Shown piece by piece: positions 50,887 to 61,868 of a stretch of 64,000 nucleotides of DNA. The DNA is from Phallusia mammillata (Eukaryota). The DNA lies in assembly GCA_965637545.1 (NCBI GenBank), contig OZ281497.1, forward strand, positions 24,056,001-24,120,000, read 5' to 3'. Positions within the stretch are counted from its first letter, which is position 1. Every line of letters starts with the position of its first letter. The position numbers and the translations under genes are program-made. Below the pieces are notes generated by a model, which was given only the letters and a program-made list of their open reading frames with translations, searched no databases and was not told where the DNA came from.

Positions 50887-51365
50887 GACTGGTAATTAGC
50901 ATTGTATATGGTTTATTATTGTAAAAGTAGTTGTGTGTAAGTTAACTACAGTGGATTAGAGTGTACTAGTTGATGTATGGATAATTTAAATGTGTGTGGT
51001 TATCTGACCATGCTAGTCGTGTATACTTTTTATACTTTTTCTCGTGTTAGTAGCTTAACTAAACTCTGTATTTAGTATTTCTATTTGAATAAGACACTAA
51101 GCAATGTAAATCTGTGTGGGAGCTGCTAACGCAGTAATCTGCTCTGTTGTAGACTGTTCTGCCCTGTTGTAGACTGTTCTGTTCTGTTGTGACTGTCTTG
51201 ATTGATTCTGATATGTCTTGTTTGTCCTGACTATCTGCTCTGTCTTGACTAATCTGTACTGTTATGAACTGTCCAGTTTCGTTGTACTGTGGTACTCGGT
51301 ATTGGAATACAGTCTTCGTTTTATTGTTGCAACGTATCAGTGTGACAGACAGCATTTGGCGGTGC
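50883..51365 (+). other. Unassigned insertion, possibly the LTR plus PBS of a second element
   Basis: Starts where RT homology ends, is not found elsewhere in the array, contains ctgtt-rich micro-repeats and ends ..CA-TTTGGCG, like the first LTR/PBS junction. No TG start and no second copy. Confidence 0.3.
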
Positions 51366-51848
51366 AAGTAACCCACACAGTGGCCAGTTAGAAAGCTAGC
51401 TGGGACGTGGAATCAGAACCAAAGAGTTTTGTATTCTACAATAGTAATTTGTCGCACTCAACGGAAGCGGAACTGTACACAAAGCATTCACCCATGCAAA
51501 AAAAAAAAAAATTGCTTAAGGCTAAAACATTGAAAAGCGCAATTTAGTAATGGTACACAGTTTATGGATCAAAGAGGAAATACATCTATAATAATCATTG
51601 CGTTACATTAGGACCCACTGAAGTGCAAGGGCCCATACATAGCCATGGGTTGACAAATATTACCATTTGAAAAACAAGCTAGGCAACAAATAGAAGACTC
51701 CATTGTGGCTTTAGTTGAAAAATATTGCTGCTCATTGTCATATGACTTATATTATTTTGACAAATTTAGAGTTCACAAGGAGGCTAAAAAGTTTCTTTAT
51801 CAGCAATATTTTATCTCCAGTAAGGCCCCGCGGATAAATAGACTGCAT

Positions 51849-54800
51849 TTAACATGGACCGCCGACGCTGGATGGAACTTTTGGAAGGGGAAAAGCAGGT
51901 CGGTCAAATGGACAAGTATGTTCAGTATCAGGTACATTGTGGTAGGGCTTTTTCTCAAACACCGGAACTTCGTAAATCGGTTCTTCAGTTTCGGCTGGAG
52001 CTGCAGCTCTTACGTTGTTCACAGGCGATGGGTTTCTCCTATAACGTTCCGTGTTGGTACTTCAAATTAAAAAAATGATGATTGTAATTGTGAATAAACC
52101 CTAAACATAAAACTACATTAGTCGGTTTTCGTTGCTGTCGGTTTTCAGCCAACTGTTTTCGTTGTTGGTTACACTCCCTTTTAGCAAAGATTGCTTTTTA
52201 CCTTCTTCTCTTTCGCCAAAGCAATACAATTACGATCACAAGAACAATAAGATGGAATCCTCCCAACGAACATAAGATTGCAATTGGCAACGTCTGGTCA
52301 TCTAGTAAAGTTGAAACGTTAGTGTTAATTGATAAATTTAAGCATAAAGGCACGATCTGTATAGAGCAGTACAATGTCATGTCAATACCAATGACAAGCC
52401 GCAGAAACATAACATGTAAATTTAAAACCTTTCTGCATTTTTTAATACTTTTTCACTACGTACTGGTTTGATTAGCTCTTGCAGTGGTCTCTTGAACATA
52501 AGATAAATATACGCTATTTTGGCAGAACCACTTTTTGCAATAACTTTTCTGGTTTTCCAATTATTTTGCTAAATTCGTTTTAAAAAAGTTTGTGCTATGT
52601 TTCATTGATTTGACCTGGGTGTTAAAAGTGTTTTCACAACTTTTTTTAATTAGTTTACAACGTTTTTTTTTCAAATCCAAACCTATGATATTGCTCGGAA
52701 TATAGAAAACTTGTTTTTTTACACAATAGTATAAAATGTTTCTCTAATATGAATCCGTCATTACCTTTAGAGCCATTGGTTGTCGACCCTGGAGTAGTAA
52801 ATGTATATAATCGAATACCTTAAAAACATAGAGGAAGACCCTATAAGTTATTTTTTGTTTTTTAAACAAAATTTTACAAAATGTTTTTCTAATATGAATC
52901 CGTAATTACCTTTAGAGCCCTTGGTTGTCGACTCTGGAATAGTAAATGTATATAATCGAATACCTTAAAAACATAGAGGAAAAACACTATAAGTTATTTT
53001 TTGTTTTTTTACACAATTGTATAAAATGTTTCTCTAATATGAATCCGTAATTACCTTTAGACCCCTTGGTTGTCGACTCTGGAATAGTAAATGTATTTAA
53101 ACGAAAACCTGAAAAACATAGAGGAAAAATACTACATTTTTTGTTTTTCAAACAAAATTGTAAGAAATGTTTTGATTTTTTGAAACATAATTCCGTACTT
53201 ACGTCTGGAGGTTGTGGTTGTTTCTGGAGTAATAAATGTGTTTGGAACAATATCTTTAAAAAATTAAAGAGAAAAAAAAACACTTTATCCAGTGATTTTT
53301 TTGCTTTTTTATTGTTTTGCGACAAGACTTTGAAACGTTGACGCATGGAATTAAATGAGACAGTTAATACATCTAAAGCGGTTTCATAGCAAGACATGCG
53401 TTTTTTTATATATAAACAAAGGTGAAAATCAAAAAAAAGTTTGAGCAAATCGGTTTTACCTTTAGGGATTCTTTGGCAGATATATCTAGCAGTTGATGAA
53501 CAAGTGGCTTCTTCCCAATGCCAACTGCAACTAAACCAGGAACTCGTTATCTTGCTGCAATAGTAACCCTCAGTATGAACAAAATACCCTGGAAGCACAA
53601 AGTATGTAGATTGCAACAATCCGCAATATGCAACATATTTCTAACGGGTAATAAATCTGAGAATCAGCTAAACCCCAAAATACAGATCCAAAACACAATT
53701 GTTTTCCACAAAAAACGAATTTGGCCTTAAAGCTAAAGCTAACAAAATAAAACCATTGCGAAATGGGCACACAGTTGTAGTTTTACTTATCTCAAATTAG
53801 GTGTGATAGTCTAATATTCCGAATGAAGCAATTGGGAGGAAAGTCCTACACGAAGTTCACAAGTTGTACACAAAAATCATACCACCTGTGCGTATGCATA
53901 TTTATCCAACAGAAAATAAAAACGTAAGTGTGGTAAAGTGGGAATTTAGGAAATTTAGGGAACCTAGGCCTCTACTTTTAAAAATGTCGAAATATGGCCT
54001 GGAACGGGGGTCGGCAACGTTTTTTGCACTGCGAACCGTTTTTGAAAGTAAAATTTTATCGGGGATCGGTCTTCTCCGGTATACATGCTGAAATCGTTTC
54101 TTAGCATTTAACCGGAAAAATGATACGGCCCGGTAACGAACTCCTGGCGGCCCGTTACCGGGCCACGGACCGCGGTCGGTTGCCGACCACTGGCCTGAAA
54201 AACTCAAGTCCGACTTCTACAACTTCCTCCAGTATATTTAAAAACGATTTTAAATTTACAACCTTATCGAACTTTGCACATTATTTTCAAAGCAGAATTA
54301 GCTGACTGGGTTTTACCATTATACCAGCTGTCGATAGTTTCAACTATTTTGCGCTAGATTATTCATTGGGTTACAAATCACATTAGGCCGCTCTGGCTAA
54401 AACAGTGGTTCTCAATTTTTTTCCGGATCGCGTACCATCTGACAACATATTAGGAATCACAGAGATCTACTCGCGTACCACCTGAAAAGTTCAGGCGTAC
54501 CACTAATGGAACGCATACCACAGTTTGAGAACCATTGGACTAAAAGAATATTTCACACTCCAAAGACGTCAAACGATTTTCAGTAAATCCGCGATCGCTT
54601 TACGAAATAATATTTTCAGATCCAATTTTCACTTGTTTATTTCACGCTTTCACTACGCATGTGATGGGTAAACGCTAAACTAGTCTAGAGTAGTTCGCCA
54701 AGTCCGTTACCAAAAAGCTTTTTTCACAGAAAACAAAAGTAAGCTGCAGAACTGCACGCTATAATACTATTCGATAACTTACCATAATACCATTCCGACC

Positions 54801-55029
54801 AAGTACAGTCTGAAAGAATGCTGTTGAGAAATGCAAGAAGGCGAGATGAAGGTTTCACATTCGCTAGTCTCGCATTTAGCTTTGAGCATGCTTTCTCAGC
54901 TTGACCATACGAACTGACTTTGTAGGATCCAATATAATACTCGTTTCCATTAAAAGAATGCCAAGTTCGGGCGGAACATGAATGCGAAATTGCAAACACG
55001 AAAAGCATTAGGTGTATATTGTTTGCCAT
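51849..55029 (-). CDS. L5: divergent C-type lectin-like receptor, 237 aa, 5 exons (exon 5 absent)
   Basis: Exons 54783-55029, 53460-53588, 52464-52490, 52202-52301, 51849-52059; 714 nt, open; TM DQTLPIAILCSLGGFHLIVLVIVIVLLWRKRR; tail EEPIYEVP. Two acceptors are AAG rather than YAG. Confidence 0.8.
52700..53260. repeat. 145-bp tandem repeat in L5 intron 2 (three copies plus a degenerate fourth)
   Basis: aatatgaatccgt at 52746, 52891 and 53036; single copy in L1-L4 (~8255). Confidence 0.9.
54005..54192. mobile_element. hAT-type MITE in L5 intron 1 (related to the 7176-7348 family, opposite orientation)
   Basis: TIR CGGGGGTCGGCAACG / GGTTGCCGACCACTG; TSD GCCTGGAA/GCCTGAAA. Confidence 0.75.
54403..54537. 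mobile_element. 135-bp hAT-type MITE in L5 intron 1
   Basis: TIR CAGTGGTTCTCAA / TTGAGAACCATTG; TSD GGCTAAAA/GACTAAAA. Confidence 0.8.
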
Positions 55030-58000
55030 ATGTACAGTGTTGAATATGAAGCTGTAAAAACGCAAAAATGCTTTTTTTTACCAATAACATCAATTACCTA
55101 CAAGTCTTCAACTTTTTTTAGGTGGTTGATACAACAAGGTTTCAAGGAATAGTGTTTAACTATTTGTTGCTGACCCTAGCCGTTGCAGCATCATTGAAGT
55201 TTTTATCTCAGAGTTGTGAGCGGGCCTGAAAGTGCCTTCTGGACCCGACTCGCACTCGATGTTCTAACAATACAAAGCCCGAACCAGTTCCCGTTCGTAA
55301 ACATAACTGAATCAAATGTATTGTTTCAAAGGTAACAGTAACTCAGAATAACAATTAAGCCATTCAAGCGCAAAAAGCGACAAAACTTGGCTACACGCCA
55401 TAAACGGGTTCTATTTGCCTTGCCATTGCTATCCGGGCTGCGCCATCGTTGTCTAAATCTTGTTTCAAATACAAATCAAGTATAAATCGTGTTTAAATAT
55501 ATTTTTTCTATTTAAATAAGATTTCAATAATTCTTTAAGAAAGTGCTAATCTACTTCATTCTTTAAATCTGTCTATGTTGCAAAGATGATAAAAAATCCA
55601 AAAAAATGATACAAAACTTGCTTGGTCTCTCACAACAAACACTTGCTTGCTTGCTTATTTTCGACGCTAACAATAGACGGATAACGTGTACATGGCCTGA
55701 ACAATTCATAGCGACATGTGAAACTTTCTTGTTCCTGTCTTTGTTGCTAGTTTAAATTAACCAGACATAATAGGCTAAAACACTGAATATATATCGAAAT
55801 ATACTTCATGCGATTTTTATGACTGCTGGTTAATTCTCTATTCAAAGGCTTATGAAACCTGACAAGTTAATATTTTATCAGTCACTGAGTATGAAATGCT
55901 TCTGAAGAGAATCTTGTCTATTGGCTGTGATGCATGGCATTTTAGCCTTAGTTGGATTTTCAACTTATGTCCTGTAGCTTGGCTATTAGCCTGTTTATGC
56001 CCAATATAATGTTACCTACTGCAATGGTGAGATCGTACACTGTGCAGGTTTTAACACTGTGCATTGTTAAGTTTTCTGGATCGTTGTGTGATCTATTTCA
56101 CCACATTGCATTACACTCATTACACTACACGACCTGCACTGATAAGACCGTACAGGTCGAAACAGTGGTCACTGTCTACAAACAACTTATTGTTGTACTT
56201 GGCTGTTGCTTTTATTCTACATTGATTGTTTTCAAATATTATGCTGGTAACACGATGGCTAGTTCATCTTTTCACAATCATACATTGTGTCCAGCAAGAA
56301 AATAAATAACAAAAGCTCAAAAAACAACAACAACTTACTCATCTATTGCAGTAAGTGTTTGCAGGAATAATACATTTTGAACTTATTTTGAAAATATTTA
56401 TGTCTCAAAAATACTCAAGCAAAACACTTCTGCCAAAGTTTTCTGTTATGCAATCAATAGTATTGGAACAGTGCAACGGAGTCTATGACCACCAGTATCG
56501 TAAGTGCAATATTGTCGATGAGTTTTCAAGCTCCACAACGCAAGTTCATTTCCTGTGCGTAATTTTTAATCTAGTATATTGTATACTATACAATATGCAA
56601 TTTACAGTATACCTGTAGACCAGTCCCATCCCACAGCCCAATTGTGTTAACATGTGCAATCATCCTTACAATCGGTAAACCATGCTTCACAGGCATCAAG
56701 TGACAATGGAACGTTACGATACCGTTCAGTTCTGTACGAATTCGGTTTCTAGATGAAATCCACTCAGTGTTAGATTAATTTATTGTTTCTCAACTTTGTT
56801 AGGTTTTTTTTTTGGCTTTTGTTAGTAATTTGTGGATTCGATAAAAGTATGAGTTAAATTGAACATTATTCAGTTGAAATCTACTTTTTGTTTGGTGCTT
56901 CAAGAAATTTGGTTTCAATGTTTTAATCATTATTATTGTTATGATGTAAGTCACAGTATACGACATAACCAAAGAAGTTGAAAGGGTGGATCACGTCAAA
57001 ACGCAATTCCTCAATCCCCAATCCCAAAGATAAGATATCCTATATGTGCAGATGTGTGAAATCGAAAGCACAAAATCTGTCAACTTTAGTTTTTATCCAA
57101 TAACTTACTTAAATGATAAAACCTGATAGTTACGCAATGTACAACAAAGTTATAATTGAAAACAGAAAACTACACTGAACATTTTCGTCAACAAGATTGT
57201 CAACCTTGCCTCTGCGGACTCAAATAAAATATATGCATTTATATAAACAGTTTTGCATCTTTAAATAAAAATTTAGTAAAAATCTATAGGCTACAATATA
57301 TATTCCTGATTTCACTACTCTCGATGCTTGGTTACAATAAAGTTATGTGGAAGTTACGTTTACATAATGTAGGTCTTTTCTTGTCACTTTGAGAAAATTG
57401 CTACCGAAAATAGCATCTGAGTGGCATCTTTGTTTTTTCATTGTTCAAAAATAATTGCTAGTTTCCATTACCCAACTGTTCATAAATCAAAAATGTTTCG
57501 AAACTGTTTCTTGTATTGTGCATAAGAGTCTATTCAAATGGTTTCAAATCGTGAGCGGTCTAGTCTGTTGTATGTAGTATACTGCACGTAGTACATTTTG
57601 ATTTGAAATATTCGCATTTGGTTATTTGAGGGTTTTCGGTATATATATATATATATGCGCACTAACTTTGATGCGCCGTGAAAAAATTCTTCCCACCTAA
57701 TTGCCTTACTTCAATAAAGACATGTTTAAATAGGTTTGATGTGATTTTATTGTCCTTGCCGCCTTTATTTCAGCTGTGTTATATAAGGTGGTCGTTTTGA
57801 TCCAAAATGGTAACTTAGGACAGACTTATGAGAAGATCGTTTATCGAATTAAGCAAATGTTTGACTGGAAATTAAAAAAATGGCTCAATCCTTGACACAT
57901 CCACGGACAAAACCTTGAACTGAATTCTTTAAAGTCTGCATTCAAACTAATAAAAAAGAAAATTAAAGTATTATTTGTTTTTTGCTTATTTTTATTCACA

Positions 58001-58437
58001 GGTTTGAAGAACTGCAATTAATACAACAATACATTCATTAACTGTTATTTATAACAACAATAAAACAACAGAGAATGTACAACCACTATAACAGTTTCAA
58101 AGGTCAAGTGGCCCAGTCAAAAAGAACATCTTCCTTGTTGTCACAGGGTTTTGGGTTCTAATACAATTTCTGTCATTTATGTTCCCTACGCAAAAACTTA
58201 CAACGCTCCTACAAAGCAAAGAGACTTAAGGCATGAGCTGCATTATTTCCCCTAACTCGAAACAATACATAAAAAAACACTAATGCTATATAAAAAATTA
58301 TATGCAAAAACGATCCAACGGAAAAGCTAGGGACTCATTGTGAACATAACGATTAAGCGTTGCATGCCCAACGAAGACAAAAATAAATAAACAAACAAAC
58401 ATAATGTTCAGAAATCTTATAGTAGAATTTAAAACCT

Positions 58438-60534
58438 CTATATTGGTATTGGGGCTGGTGGACGGTCATATTGGCAACTTTCATTAGGATTAGGTCTTGT
58501 TTCGTGGCTAATTTTCATTGGAATTTCATACACTGACTCTTTAACTGCATCCGGCTTGTTCTGATTTATATCTGCGACTTTGTTTGGTTGTTTGTTGGAC
58601 CTGCAAATGCAAAAAACCTGCTTGAGATTTAAAAAAAAATGAATATTCTTTGCAAAATATTATATGAGCTGCATCTCTTAGCTGCCAATTGGTATCAGGT
58701 TTTGAAAAGTCGATATGGAAACGTTGGTTAAACAGCAACGGTGCAATTGTCTATTTAATGCAAAACTCTAGGCCAGGGCTGTATATTCGAAATAAATCAA
58801 TACATTTTGCAGGCAATTCCCCACCAAAAAGAAAAAAGAAAAAAAAAATAGTTTGTTGTAGATTTTTGTTGAAGTTTGCTAGTTTACCTTTTCCTGTCCC
58901 AGTAAAACACGGCAATAAGGACAACAAGAACCAGAAAGAAAAATCCTGCCACGGCGCTTGGAACTGCAACTGCTACCAATCGGTATTCATTTGCTAAAAC
59001 CAAGTGTTGTAATGTTAGCTAGGAATTGTTCATCATTAAGTAAATGTGCCCTATGTGGAGACCGTCTGATGCTACAGGGACTATACGCAATGTTATTGCT
59101 ATTATTTTTTAGAAACATGCAGGATTTTAAAGTAGACTGTACTATAGTTCATAGGCGTGCTACCAAATTCAGTCATGCTATTGTTTCAATAGAAAATTTG
59201 CCTCCATAAAAAATTCGCGTGCTACCAACGTCAATCATGATATTGTTTCAATCGAAAATTTGCCTCTATTCAAAGATTCGGATTAAAGAATGAAGTTGGC
59301 TAATAAATAGCACTCGAAGCTTGCTGTAAACAATGCACCATAAGATCAACAAACTGGAACACCATAGCCCGGCTACAAAGCCCACTTGGTTAAAGTCTTG
59401 TCAATATCTGCATTTATGAAACCGTATATATGCTACAGCAGGTTAGCCTACATGAGTGTAGCTTAATTCTTTGTTATTGTTATTGCTTTGTACTCAACTT
59501 GTTTAATTGATTACTGTTACTTACTTGCTTTGGTGGGAGTTGGATTGCTAGGAGCAGAAATGATTCCTGTTTTCTTTGTTATCGTGCCTTGCGTAAAACA
59601 AAGTCAAGCGTTAATCTCAAGTAGCAACATAAAATCAGTGCGTGTAGAATAGTGATTATTTACATTTAAAAATATCCAGTATAAATTCAGTTTGGGACTC
59701 TAACATTTTGACTCTTACATCTCAGGGTGTTGTCAGTAAAACAATGACCAACTAAACGCAAAAAGCCACTTTTTTAATTTTGAATCCTTCTGCAAACGCC
59801 TGATTTTGTCATTGTGTTTGGTCATTGGTTTTCTCCAAAACTTTTAAATGGTCATTTATAAAACCAAGTTTAAAATTAAGGTATGTGCTCATTGTACGAA
59901 TAATTTCTGCAACCTACTTTCTTTAGCCTTGTTAAAAGTTGAAACGGATTCTGTTTTCATTATTTGATTTGTGCCTTCTGTGGTTCCTGAAACAACAAAC
60001 TAAATTACAGGCACACAAAAAGTGAGTGCTTAAAATAGTGATTATTCATTTTTCATAAAAAGGTCCAGTTAAGGCCGATATTTGGGTCACAATTTCTTGA
60101 CAATTACTACCTAAATTTGTATACAAGCCCTATTGGTGAACAATATCCCACATTAAAAAAACGTTTAAAAGTCTTTTTTAAAACGGTTTGTATTTAAAAC
60201 TAACAAAATCTACATTCGAAAAATATACACGAAGCAAACATTGAATATTTTTGCAAAACCTTGTTTAAATTTTTTGGTATAAGAAAAACCATTGCTTTAA
60301 AATCCATGCACATTATCATTTAATTGTGGTAGTTTCATTGTTATTATTGCTATTACGTCAAGCAACATGATTGTCAAACCACATAAAATATTTCTGTTTA
60401 CCAGAATAGTCGTAATAGTTGTTGTCTCCAGGTTCATCATCCAACCCGTAATTTCCAAATCCTACCCCAGAGTAATAAACAGCCACAGATGTGGAAATAT
60501 GCAAAATTAAAACAACACAAATAGCCAACTTCAT
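58438..60534 (-). CDS. S5: small Tyr-rich single-pass membrane protein, 177 aa, 5 exons (two stalk exons)
   Basis: Exons 60402-60534 (..VYYSGVGFGNYGLDDEPGDNNYYDYS), 59918-59986, 59525-59587, 58888-58993 (TM), 58438-58600 (..KESVYEIPM..CQYDRPPAPIPI*); 534 nt, open. Confidence 0.82.
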
Positions 60535-61868
60535 TTTGTGTTCAGTACGCAATATGCAAAAACTACTTTCTGAAGAAAAATAGGTCCAAAAAAGGTTATG
60601 AAACACTAAGCAGGAGCCCCAAACCGCGCTTCAAAACTATAACTAATATATAGTTAGTTTCCTTTTTAAAGTTTAATCTATCCTTTAATTAAATCAAAAC
60701 CTTTAAAACGGTGTAGTTGCAGCGTGTTTAGGAATTATCGCCTATTCAACCCGTAACAGTTTTTTGCACACCATAAGATTTAAACTCTGCGCAGCTGTTT
60801 CTAGGTGATGGTTCAGTGCAATTTTGTAGCTATGTGTTCTTTCACTAAGCGAACTATAAGGCTATGAACAATATGTTTTGTTTTTCTATGTTTGACGCTT
60901 ACAAAAAATGCTTATACGTTTCATAACGTAAAACTTTCTATAATAACTGTGTAAAAATTGCTTTTTCCGTCTTTACTGAAAGCGACAACTTCTAACTATA
61001 TCATCCATGCAACAATATTTGCCAGTTTTCATCACCCAATAAAGCTGGATTGTGCGCTCACACTTTGCCGAAACTATTTATTGTACTTTATGATGACTCA
61101 AGTCAATTCATGTAGTTTCGAAACTTGACAGGTAAATTTTTCATTAGACACAGTGTATGACCTTAGTCTGTTATCAAAGGAAGTCTCGACTTACTTTTAG
61201 TACAACCTATCAACCTCATAAATATTTTTAATATCACAGTAAAACTGCCAAGAAAACGTTCAATTTTGTCTACAAGTTTATTATGTATTGCAAATTTTAA
61301 AATATGTGTAAAAATTGCAAGGTCATGTAAGTTGCACAAGAATATATCACTGACTTTTAGCGTTTGTATAAAGTGACTGTGGTTTATAATTCCCGCACAG
61401 CCTCTTTTGTTAATGGAAATATAACGACTAATTGTTGAACCATAATATTGTTTTTTTTCTTTTTTTTACACCACATAAAAAACGAATGTAACAAAAACAA
61501 AAATGAAACATTTAGCATACAAAACATAAAGCTTATACCACGTTTGTTTGAAACAAAAATAAATCTCTCAACAGTTTTCATTGGGAATATGTCATACTCA
61601 AAGGCAGCGGAACTGTACACAAAGCATCCACCCATGCAAAAAAACAAAAACAATGGCTTAAGGCTAAAACGTTGGAAAGTGCAATTCAGTAATGGTACAC
61701 AATTTATGGATCAAAGAGGAAATACATTTATAATAATCATTGCGATCGACTAGGACCCTTTGAAGTGTAAGGACCCATACAAAGCCATGGACTGACGAAT
61801 ATTACCATAACCCTTTTTTTCAGCCCTTTTTTTCTCTCCAGTTAGGCCTCGTGGATAAATAACTGCAT

